Assembly (NCBI GenBank): GCA_904063045.1
Contig: CAJFCJ010000063.1
Span: 1 to 63,019 of the forward strand
Reading direction: 5' to 3'
Length of the DNA: 63,019 bases
Source of the DNA: Dimorphilus gyrociliatus
Taxonomy: Eukaryota; Animalia; Annelida
The notes under the pieces were generated by a model. The model was given only the letters and a program-made list of their open reading frames with translations, was not told the DNA's origin and searched no databases. The position numbers and the translations under genes were made by a program. Positions within the stretch are counted from its first letter, which is position 1; each line of letters opens with the position of its first letter. Shown piece after piece: positions 45,933-56,406 of this stretch.

Positions 45933-48360
45933 AAGACCTTGCTTCCACGAAAGGTCTAGGACTTGTGACAATTATGTTATCACCACTTTTTCTGAACATA
46001 GGATAATTTTGCAGTTCTATTTCTTCTGATTCAGCTGTTGGAGCTGAAGGTAATCTTTTTGTTTTTGTCAGTAGTTTAGACAGTCTGGTAAATTGAACTC
46101 TTTTCAGTTTTTTCTTCCAAATAAAGTAGATGAAGAATCCAATTCCAATCAAGAGTATAATTGGCAGAAGTGTGTCTATTAGTATTTTGAAAGGTTTTCT
46201 TATCCATGAAGAAAATAGATGTTGTGTTGGTGACAAGGCTGCATCAATTCCTAAATCATTTGCAAAGTTAATATGCTCTCTATGCTTAGTCAAAGTATCC
46301 TGTATGTATTCCAAAACTTGTTGTATCTGATAATGTTTCTTGCCCACATCTTCTTTTATACCTAGTTGTAATAATTCTGTGAGTCTGACAACTTCTAGTT
46401 TTGGTTCTTCAATTTGACTGTTGATTTTCATTCTGATTGATTGTGCTGCTGCTGTTTGGAACCTGCATCCTTTCCTTGTATAATAGATAAATGTCTTCTT
46501 GCCAGAATGTATGGCATATTGATTTTGTTCTGCATCCAAAGGATTTTTCTTGATCTTGAAGAGATGCTGAGTTTGGTCACATGTACCATATCTTATGTCT
46601 TCTTTTGTGATGTGGTAAGCATGATGAAGTATTGGATCAATTGAGAATAGGAGATCTTTATATTTGATCAGAAATTCTTTTGAACATAATCCATTTTTTG
46701 TTATAATTGTTGTGTCACAAACTACTTGAACAGTTTTTAATTCTGTACATGTATTGAGGGTTGTTAGATCTCCTAACCATGTACTATGGGTTCCATGTTT
46801 AGATCCAAGTATTGTTTGTAGTTGAGGTGATAGTGGTGTAAGTAGGGCTATCATCTTGTTTCTCATGATAAATTCTTTGCATAAAAGTTGTGAAACTTGT
46901 TTAAAAACTGTTTGTAAATTTTGAAAATTTTTGTCAATATTGTTTAGTAGTGCAGCTGTTCTTATAGCATCTTTTATATTTATTTGGTGGGATTCTGGAA
47001 TCTCTATGTTTTCTAATTGTTTCCTCTTCCATTTGTGATTTATTGGTTTTCTTTGTAAAAGTGTATATTTGCCATTTTCTGTATGAATTTGAAATTGTGT
47101 ATCTTTTGGGCTTTGATACCAAATGTTCATGTTTGGGAGTGGGTTGAAAGTAACTGGTTTTTTGTCCAATTCAAAATCTTGTGATCTTACTGGTCTGGCA
47201 GGTTTTAGCTTTGTTGTTTTCAGCATTTTTAGTATGTATTTGTTGTGAATATCCCAGATGTCTGGAGAAATAATTTCTTTGACAAACCAAGTCCTCACTA
47301 ATGGTGTTGCATGATTTTTTATCAGCATATGGTAGGTTTTGTCACCATCTCTATACCAATCATTATATGTTAAAATATCTTGTATTTCTGTGACATTGGC
47401 CTTTCTTAGTGATGATTTCTTTCCAATATATTTCTCCAATCTATTAACTTCTTTATTTGAAATGATCTTGTATTTTGTATCCTCTATTATTTTATTGTCA
47501 GCATAATTAGAATTTGTAAGATCAGTTCTAAGTAAGTCATATTCTTTCTGGGGTACCAATACTCTGGTACCAGGACCACCATATCCTTTGATATATCTGT
47601 CTTGGTAAGGTAAATCCATTATTGCATAGTTGGGGCAGGAAAAATATCCTCCAAGTTTTACACATTCCACATTATGGGAAACTATTTTCCATGGTGAAAC
47701 ATGGCCTAGAAGACTTTGGCCTTTTTCTGGATTAAATATAATGATTGAATCCAAAGTTCTACAAAATTTTTGTTTAATAGAACAGTCTTCTAAATATTCC
47801 AAATTTGTGGTTATTTTATCTTGACTTGGATTCCAATAAGCCTTGCCAATTTGAAGGATTGTTGTAAATTCTTCCACCACTGTGGTTCTTGGCCATTTGT
47901 AATTTGGTCCTTTGTTTTCATTATACATAAGAAGTTTGCCTTTTTCAATTAGGTTTTGTCCATTTAAGGTTTTGTGTGTGTATAGCATTGTTCTGCATTG
48001 TTTTTCACTTAAGGCAAGTGTTTGTTTTTCAATTCTGTGTTTCTTTGCTCCAAAAAAGTAATGAGTGTAGAAATTGATTCTTCTTTTCACTAAACACTTG
48101 ACAGCTTGAATTGCCAAATTGTCAGCTTTAATTTCATAGATGTTAGCTACAATTTTGATCATTTGTTTAGTTTCAAAGGTACATACTGGTTCATCTGCTA
48201 AATCAAATGATTGGTGTACTTGTTGTCCTTGACAAAACTGTACTGATGGTAGCATTCTTACAGTTATGTTTGCTTTTGTTATGGATACATTTGCTTGGAC
48301 CAAGTTTAAACAGCATATTGCTAACAGTGTATAAATTATTGATCCTCTGATAGGAAGCAT
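45931..48360 (-). CDS. env: Element B envelope glycoprotein
   Basis: Signal-like MLPIRGSIIYTLLAICCLNLVQA; shares ANIT..FC..Q.FDLADEP.C, YFFGAKK, TNLEYLEDC, PYQD..I.G.GGPGT.VLVP with element A env; TM LLPIILLIGIGFFIYFIW. Confidence 0.9.
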   Translation of the reverse strand: MLPIRGSIIYTLLAICCLNLVQANVSITKANITVRMLPSVQFCQGQQVHQSFDLADEPVCTFETKQMIKIVANIYEIKADNLAIQAVKCLVKRRINFYTHYFFGAKKHRIEKQTLALSEKQCRTMLYTHKTLNGQNLIEKGKLLMYNENKGPNYKWPRTTVVEEFTTILQIGKAYWNPSQDKITTNLEYLEDCSIKQKFCRTLDSIIIFNPEKGQSLLGHVSPWKIVSHNVECVKLGGYFSCPNYAIMDLPYQDRYIKGYGGPGTRVLVPQKEYDLLRTDLTNSNYADNKIIEDTKYKIISNKEVNRLEKYIGKKSSLRKANVTEIQDILTYNDWYRDGDKTYHMLIKNHATPLVRTWFVKEIISPDIWDIHNKYILKMLKTTKLKPARPVRSQDFELDKKPVTFNPLPNMNIWYQSPKDTQFQIHTENGKYTLLQRKPINHKWKRKQLENIEIPESHQINIKDAIRTAALLNNIDKNFQNLQTVFKQVSQLLCKEFIMRNKMIALLTPLSPQLQTILGSKHGTHSTWLGDLTTLNTCTELKTVQVVCDTTIITKNGLCSKEFLIKYKDLLFSIDPILHHAYHITKEDIRYGTCDQTQHLFKIKKNPLDAEQNQYAIHSGKKTFIYYTRKGCRFQTAAAQSIRMKINSQIEEPKLEVVRLTELLQLGIKEDVGKKHYQIQQVLEYIQDTLTKHREHINFANDLGIDAALSPTQHLFSSWIRKPFKILIDTLLPIILLIGIGFFIYFIWKKKLKRVQFTRLSKLLTKTKRLPSAPTAESEEIELQNYPMFRKSGDNIIVTSPRPFVEARS

Positions 48361-48383
48361 TCCACCATTTGTTTGGTGTTTCC

Positions 48384-50199
48384 GAATTATGGAGAAAACG
48401 TCCACTGGAGAAAACGTCCACTGATTGGAGAAAACGTCCACTGGTCGGAGAAAACGTCCACTGGAGAAAACGTCCACTATGTGAAGAATATATTAAAAAA
48501 TACTTTTTCAAATTTAAATTTTTATTATTGATTTTGAGATATATCCAATACATTCCCATAATGCAATCACTTTTGGTAGCCATTTTGAAATCCAGACAGG
48601 AAACAGTTCTGGGATCTTCTATGTTTTTCATGGAAAGTGAATATTGTGCATATTTCATCTACAATTTTTCAGAATTTTTTGCAGTTTGAAATATATTTCA
48701 CTATTGAAAACCATCAGACAAAACACAAACTTTAGAATTGATATCAGTAAGTTATAGAATATTGTGTTGAAATGATTTATTTATAAATTAGCTTTATTTT
48801 TATAGCAGCCATTTTGTTTATCATTATTGTTAATTGTTTAATTTTTAAATTTACACAGTTGGTTATTGATAGAGATTCCAAATTGAACATGGCACCAATT
48901 TGTTACATTTGTGAAGAGAGAATATATGGAAGACAAAATCAAGAGAAATGTCAGCTTTGCTGTCATTTATTTAAAATACATAAAAAATGTTTGGATTATA
49001 AAGGTTTGTTTAAGTTTTTTGTCACTATCCTTCCTTACAAATATGTTTTTATATTTTTTCACAGATCAATGGCTTTTGCTTTTATGGGATCTAAGAGAAA
49101 GACAGCCTACAAGAAATTATTTAAGGTACAATAATTTTGCATTTTAAATTGAATAATCTAATTTGTTAAATTAACAGGCAATACAAGATTTAACAAATGG
49201 GCATAGCCCCAAAAAAGTTGTTGTAGACTTTGAAAAAGCTATTTGGAAAGCACTATCATTCACTTATCCTGAAGCAAACATTAAAGGGTGTGTTTTTCAC
49301 TGGACACAGGCAATATACAGAAAGATTCAAGTAATACTTTAATTTAGTATTTGAGGTCTAGATTTGAACTGACATATTTATTTCCAGGAATTAGGATTAT
49401 GTAAGATGTACAAGGAGAAAAAAGCTGAATATAGAATCATGAAGAAATTAATGGCATTACCATTCCTGCCCTCTGATCTGATAGAACCAACATTTAAGAC
49501 TATTAAAGAAATAAGTCCTATTGAAATGAAGTCTCTATTGGAGTACATTGAGACACAATGGATAAATGGATTTTATAAACCAGAGGTATGGTCTGTTTAT
49601 GGTGAGGCTATAAGGACAAAAAATGATCTTGAAGGATGGCATCACAGGCTTAACAAGAATCTTTGCTCTAACACTGCATTCTATTTGCTTTTAGATGAAC
49701 TGAAAAGAGAAGCTGATCTGATAAAGCTATATAAAAAATTACTGAGTGAAAAGAAAATTTGTAGACAGCAAAGAAAAGCATATCAGAATATTCAGAGCAA
49801 AATATTCAGCTTATGGGAACAATTTGAAATTGCCTCAATTACCTCCCTGGACTTACTTGATAAACCTTCTGACATTTATTCACCAGTTTAAAATACCTTT
49901 ATTCTTTAATGTTGTTACACTGTTGTCAATCATTCTTGTTATAATGCTTGTTTTTACTTAATCAATATATTAATATTTAAATATTTGTAATTCTTATTAT
50001 TCATTTTTTCCTGTCAAATTGCTCTAAAAACTCCATCTATCAAATATCTTATATCTTACTTTGAAGTTTTATAGTGGACGTTTTCTCCAGTGGACGTTTT
50101 CTCCAAGCAGTGGACGTTTTCTCCAAACAGTGGACGTTTTCTCCAGTGGACGTTTTCTCCAGTGGACGTTTTCTCCAGTGGACGTTTTCTCCTGTACCC
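48384..50199 (+). mobile_element. Internally deleted MULE with tandem-repeat TIRs, inserted at the pol/env junction of element B
   Basis: Perfect 9-bp TSD GGTGTTTCC (48375-48383, 50200-50208); 5 left and 7 right copies of the 16-mer AGTGGACGTTTTCTCC in inverted orientation; PHD-like exon (CYICEE..CQLC..HKKC) and MULE C-terminus (VVDFEKA, GCVFHW, ALPFLP, DLEGWHHRLN). Confidence 0.93.
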
Positions 50200-53100
50200 G
50201 GTGTTTCCTTACTGTCACTGTGTTAACTGTTATAGGTTGTTTGTTAGCTAGTCTTAGTCTACTAGCATGATAGAATTTTCTTTTATCTGCCAATATTTGT
50301 AATTCATACAAACATTTTGTAGTATCTGTAGCAGTTACAAGATATGGTCCACTCCATTTGCTTGTATTTATTCTGTTCATTCCTTGACCAATGTTTTCAT
50401 TTCTTATGTGTACCCAATCACCAATTTTGTAAGTTGGAGGTTTTCTTGTAATAGCTTTATTAACTCTATCTCTATATTCCTTCTTTTTTAGAACAGATTT
50501 GCAAAGTGCTGTTGCTCTAATTTCTTCAAGTTCATGTTTTCTATCAAATAAGAATTTTGTTGTTGGTTCTAATCTTGGAACTTCCATTAACAGGTCTAAA
50601 ACATTTCTATTCTTCAATCCAAATAATATTTCATGTGGGGTTTTGCCAGTGCTTCCAACTGGAATTTGATTTAAACATGTCTGAATTAATGGTAACTGTC
50701 TTGTCCAATCTGTTAATTGTTCCATAACTACATGTTTATGTAGTGCTCTACGAATTTCCAAATTCTTTCTTTCTACCATTCCATTACTTTGGCTATGGAA
50801 TGCTGTTGTTTTAATTTTTCGTATTCCCATTGATGTCACCATTTCTGTAAAGATTTCCCCAAGAAAATTCCTTCCTTGATCTGTGAGAATTTCTTCTGGG
50901 ATACCAAATATTGGGAAATAGTTGAAAAACAAATGTTTAGAAATTTCCTCAGCTGTTTGAGTTTTTAGAGGGAATATGTTGGTAAATCTGGACATGTGGT
51001 CTATAATGACAAGTATATACTTGTAAGAATCATGTCCAGTCAGAGGTCCCATTATGTCCATAGCTATTCTTTGCATTGGTAAAGTTGGGTGAGGTGTTTC
51101 AACCAACAGATGTTTGTTGCCTGGTGCTCTTAATTGCTCACAAAATTCACAACTCTTTATGTGATCTTTAATTGTTTTCTTTAGCTTTGGGTGCCAGAAA
51201 GCTTGCTCCAAAGTGTGAATTGTTATGTCTACACCATAGTGCTCAAATAGTTGATGTTGATGAATTTGTCCAAGTAAGTTGGTTAGAGTTGATAGTGGAA
51301 TTACAAGTAGTGGTTGACAGCCATTTAGATACCATACAAGGTCTTCTTTTACAAACATAGATTCAATAAAGTTTCCATATTCATTCAAAGACCCATTATC
51401 AATGTTTTCTCCTTCCAATTTGTCTACAACTTTCATTAGTGGAGTATCTAATACTTGTTCTCTATAGAAGTTTATTTCAACTGGTGTGATTTTTAGTTTC
51501 ATAATCTGGGCTTGGATTTCAGTTATGTCTTCATCATAATCATTGTCTAGATTGTCATCTAAACAATCATCTAATTCTTCTAAGTCCTCTGTATCAATAT
51601 AAAAGCATTTAAGCATATCCTTTCTTTCTGCTAATTGGGGAACTGTATTGCCATTTTGTTTTTCTTCATTTAATCTTTCCTTAAGTAAATTACGAAAATC
51701 AATTACTTCATCAGTTTCACCAATTCTTGATATCCAGTCTGCTCTATTAGTTCTTCCTGGTATGTATATTATTTCAAAATCCATATCCATAAGTGCCATC
51801 ACCCATTTAACAGTACTTGTATTCAGTTTGTTTTGTACAAATGTTTGTACCAAATTTTGGTGATCAGTGTAGAGAAAAAATTTCTTATACTGTAGATAAT
51901 GGGAGAATTTTTGTACTGCCCAATATACTGCAAAAGCCTCTTTTTGATAAGCTGCATATCTTAGTTGTGTATTGATTAGGAGCTTGGAAGCAAAAGAAAT
52001 TGGTTTTCTTATTTTCTTTCCATCTTCTTCCCATTCTTGTTCTAGAACTGCACCAACTGCATAATTAGAAGCATCTGTTGTTAAATAGAATGATTTAGTA
52101 AAGTCTGGCAGTTGAAGGATTGGGGGCTCTGTCATTGCATTCCTTAGTGTTTCATAAGCTTCCTCTGCTTTTTTTGTCCATTTCAGTTTTTCTGTCTTTT
52201 GGTGTACTTTTAATAATTCTCTCAAAGGTTTTGTGATTTTTGCAAAATCTTTAACAAATCTTCTATAATAACCACAAAATGCCACAAAACTCAACAGAGT
52301 ATTTGCAAACATAGGTAATTTGGCATCTTTTATTTTTTGAATCTTTTCAGGATCAGTTTCAATACCATTCTGTGTAATTCTATGACCAAGGAATTGAACT
52401 GATTCTTGTAAGAATGCACATTTGCTCAGTTTAATTCTGAAGTCTTTTTCCTTGATTCTTTCCATAAGTTTCTGTAGAGCTACAAAGTGTTCTTCCAATG
52501 TTTTGGTAAAAACTATAATATCATCCATATAATTAATGCAGAAGTTTTCCAATCCATTAATAACAAAATTTGCCATGATATAGCTGAAGTGTGAAGGTGC
52601 ATTTGCCAAACCAAATGGCATGCGGTTGAATTCAAATAAACCAAATGGTGTAATAAAAGCAGTTTTCTCCTTATCTTCTTCTTTAATTGGAATATGATGA
52701 AATGCACTTGTTAAATCCAATATAGAAAAATATTTGTGGCCTCCTCCAAGCTTATCAAATAAATCTTCCTGATGTGGGATTGGATAACAATTCTTTTTTG
52801 ATTGCTTGTTAAGTTTTCTGTAATCCACACACATTCTTAATGTTCCTTCTTTCTTTTTCACAAAAACAATGGGTGAAGCCCATTGGCTTTTGCTTGCTCT
52901 AATTAGACCATTTTCCAATAATCCATTTAATTGATCCCTGCATTCCTGCTGTTTGTTGGGTGGCAATCTGTATGGTCTTTGTTTGAAAGGCTTTATATCT
53001 TCCAATAATTCAATTGCCATTGGTGGAACATCTGGTGAACCAATGTCATTCTGATTTGTAGCAATAATATCTTCATAATTCTTTATCATTTCTTTTAATT

Positions 53101-54337
53101 CTTCTCTGTTCTTGTCAAGATTATTTTTGGACACATGTAAATAATTGTCAATTTCTAGTGTATTTGAATTAATATTGTGTACATTTTGATTAGACAAATG
53201 TTCAAATTCAATACTTTCCAACTGTAATTCTTCTATTTCAGGAGTAACTGGATTTTTCTTTTGTTCTTTTTGCACTTTGATAGTTATTCCATCTTCTAAT
53301 TCTATGTATTGTGGTTTCATTTCCATTTCCATAGCCAAGTCTTCAGTTTCTTCTTCAGAGGAATTTATGAGAATAACTGAGTCATTGTCAGACTTAGGTA
53401 TATTTCCAGTCTCTTCATCAGATGAGTCTATAACCATTATGGAATCATTGTCAGACTCAATTGTGTTACTGGTCTCTTCTTCAGATGAGTCTATAACAAT
53501 CATTGAATCATTATCAGGCTCAGTTATGTTATCAAGCTCTTCCTCAGATGAGTCTATAACAATCATTGAACCATGATCAGAATCAGTTGAATCACTAATT
53601 TCATCTTCAGATGAGCTTGTACCATTGATTATATCCAAATCTGAGTCTGGGCTGTGATCTGATTCAATACTTGTTTCTGTATCATAATTTTCAGAAGTAC
53701 TGGAACTTTCATCTGTGCCATAATTGCTATTTGAATCAAAACCATTGAATCCCTCATAAACTATGCTTGAACCATGAGTGTTGCTTGTATCATAGCCAGT
53801 ATCTGGATCAGTAACTTCCATTTCTGAGTCCACACTATCTGAAACTTCAGATGGAGTATCAAAAACTTCAGATGGAGTGTCAGAATCTTCAAAATACTGT
53901 CCCATCATTCCAACAGTTACTTTTTTTACACTGCCTTGTTTTCCAAATTTTGTTTGGTGATTTTCGTTATATTGCAAAAACTTTCTAACTGGTTGTCCTT
54001 TTCTGATAAAGAATGGAAGAGAAACTTGTTTTGTTGCAAAATCAATAAGAGCTCCAGCATTTTCTAAGAAATCACAACCAAGTATTATAGCCATATCTAG
54101 TTTTTCCATAATAAAGAATTCTTGTTCCATAATTCTTCCATTAAATTGAATATTCAGTTTTGTTTTTCCTTTTGTCTTTAAAGCATTTCCCTCTGCTGAA
54201 GTGATGATTGGTAAGCCAGTAGTTTCTTTCTTGATGAATTTAGAATCCATTAACCTGATTTCTTTTTCTGTAATAAATGACAAAAGTGCTCCTGAATCAC
54301 ATAAAGCAATAACCTCTCTTCCATTATGATTTTTCAT
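50200..54337 (-). CDS. pol: Element B Pol (PR, acidic spacer, RT, RNase H, integrase)
   Basis: LCDSGAL..AIILGCDFL; D/E/S-rich tract; YMDD; LTTDASN; DIMGP, TDQG, GMVERKN; KWSGPY. The last codons of the listed ORF are MULE TIR sequence. Confidence 0.93.
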
Positions 54338-55468
54338 TCAAAATTGGAAATCTTTTCTGCCTTTTACCAAAGAAGTACACTTAAAATGTGCGATTTTCTC
54401 TTCTTTGAGATTAAATATTGCCATTCTTCCTTTAGAAATTTCAGTTTCATTAGGTTCATCAGGTCCAACATGTATTAGTCTGTTAAAGCTGCCTTTTTCA
54501 TTATTTCCTGCATTTCCATTTCTTTGTTGTTGAAATCTATTTTGAGAAAAAGGTTTAAATGTATGTTCATTTTGATTTGAGTTACTCTGATTGTTGTCAA
54601 ATCTCCTTTTGTACTGTTTGAATTCATTTTCGCTTTCTTTTCTTGCATTATCAAAAAATATTTCTGCTCTTTTTGCCAATTTAATATACTGATTAACTGA
54701 GTTAATCTTTCCATCTTTTTCCACATGATTAACAATTTTTCCTTTAAGACCATTCCTGAATACAGTTAACAGTTGAAGTTCTCTAACTCTTTCAGTAACA
54801 CAAGCCATTTCAGTAGTATTGAATGGTAGGAATTTTTCCACAAGTTCTTTACTTCTTCTAACAAAACTTTGGACAGTTTCATCATTGAACTGTCTCAATC
54901 TATCAATTTCTTTTTTGTAAGCCATAGGATCTGGATTAAATTCTTCATCCAATGCATCCCAAATTTCATTTTCATTTGCCATGGAGGGTAAACTTTCAAT
55001 AACATCTCTGGCTCTTCCAGTAGTGTATTTTCTCAGCATTCGAACTCTTTTCTCTTCTGTATCCCAAAGGTTTAATTCACAAGCTGTTTGAAAGTTCCTC
55101 TTAAAGGCCCAAGTATCTTTGCTACCAGAATAGGGTCTCAGCAAAGTAGTATTAGGTTTCTCATTAGCATCAATTAGAAGACTTGCAATTGTCTTTTCCA
55201 AAGCATTATCTTGAATGCCATCATAACTGAATTTTGGTTGAGTAGGATCAGGATTAACCATACCTTCAGGAATTGTAGCTGCCCCAGTCATCAAATGGTA
55301 CTTTAAAAAGCTATTACCATCAACTTTGGCTCCACTACTTTTAATTCTCAACATTAATTCATTAATTTTTGAAAGATACTCATCTACTTCCTTGGCTCTG
55401 GCTTTGTCATTCTCATAAACCAAAATAACATTCATTGAAGTAGCATTGTGGGCTGTCGACTGCGCCAT
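54338..55468 (-). CDS. gag: Element B Gag (no CCHC knuckle), separated from pol only by an in-frame TGA
   Basis: PYSGSKDTWAFKRNF..W..LRKYTTGRARDVI..L+EEF.P..L.Q..DETVQSFV, a Gag capsid-like pattern also seen in element A. Confidence 0.88.
   Translation of the reverse strand: MAQSTAHNATSMNVILVYENDKARAKEVDEYLSKINELMLRIKSSGAKVDGNSFLKYHLMTGAATIPEGMVNPDPTQPKFSYDGIQDNALEKTIASLLIDANEKPNTTLLRPYSGSKDTWAFKRNFQTACELNLWDTEEKRVRMLRKYTTGRARDVIESLPSMANENEIWDALDEEFNPDPMAYKKEIDRLRQFNDETVQSFVRRSKELVEKFLPFNTTEMACVTERVRELQLLTVFRNGLKGKIVNHVEKDGKINSVNQYIKLAKRAEIFFDNARKESENEFKQYKRRFDNNQSNSNQNEHTFKPFSQNRFQQQRNGNAGNNEKGSFNRLIHVGPDEPNETEISKGRMAIFNLKEEKIAHFKCTSLVKGRKDFQF
55453..55467 (-). promoter_or_regulatory. Element B primer-binding site (tRNA-Ser type)
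   Basis: TGGCGCAGTCGACAG, identical over 15 nt to the element A PBS, starting 5 nt inside the 5' LTR. Confidence 0.85.
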
Positions 55469-55471
55469 ATT

Positions 55472-56406
55472 TGTACTTTGTTGTATTGTAATTGTAGGAA
55501 TTTCTGGTTCGTCACAACTGTAATCGTCCTTTCCAATCATTTACCAACTTGCCAAAGTACTGGTCCAAATAGAACCTTTAAAGTTTGTCCACAAATAGTC
55601 TAACAAAGGCAATTTCGGTAGAAATTGATTAACAAAACACCAGTATTTCGTCCAAAGAATATGTATTGAGTAAAATGAGCTTCTAGTTCTAAACAAGCTA
55701 GTTTAAACAACTAGCTGACGGTTAGAAAACTGAACTATCAACTGTTAATTTCGTAGGGTTTATATACTCTTTTAAGGGTTGATAGTTCACAAATTTCAAT
55801 GTTCACAAAAACAAAAGTAACATTTGAAGACAAAGAAAAGTTCTAAATATGGTCATGTTTTTATTGTTTTCCTCTTCTAAATAATAGTTGAATTTCGAAG
55901 GTTGGAGAGTTGCATAAGATGTAACAATTTTAGTAGGACAAGTCCAACAATCAAGAAAACATGTAGATTGTATATTTGACCGTTTTTATATTCTACCTTA
56001 ATAATGATATTCAATTGATTGAGTTAGTAAATTTAGCATCAGCATATAAGGAGGAAGTATATCTGATTAATGCATGTTAAAAAGAACAGTATTGTGTATA
56101 CAATACTGTTGAATAGTGAATATAATCTAACCTTAGAATTTAAGCATAATTGATAATTAATTGAACTAGTTTTAGTTCGAAATCATAAATTTATGGATTA
56201 ATAAATTGTAATATTAATGCTAGGTTGCAAATAGCAAATATTCTTTATATAATTCAATAGGTTTTATTACTGCATAATGTGTATGCACTGCCCTATGCGA
56301 AACTAGGTCACTACTGCTTATCTTTATCAGTGCTATCTGCATAGTACAATACTGGTTCAATACTACTTCTCTATTGTAGAATATAGCTGACGAATGTATG
56401 TGTACA
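55472..56406 (-). repeat. Element B 5' LTR (935 bp)
   Basis: Direct repeat of 44982-45916, followed by the PBS on the minus strand. Confidence 0.97.

Larger units (their letters stand above)
44982..56406 (-). mobile_element. Element B: Ty3/Gypsy LTR retroelement with env, containing a nested MULE
   Basis: Two 935-bp LTRs (TGTAC...GTACA), PBS, PPT, gag/PR/RT/RH/IN/env; RT motifs WASPIVFVKKK, RMCVDYRKLN, MPFGLANAP, YMDD. Flanks CCAT and GTTA are not a TSD. Confidence 0.95.

Noticed and set aside
48391-50192. Arrays of a 16-bp repeat with short spacers, superficially CRISPR-like
   Set aside because: Spacers are 0-4 nt, the arrays are inverted relative to each other, they bound a transposase relic with a 9-bp TSD, and the DNA is eukaryotic. 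They are MULE TIRs.
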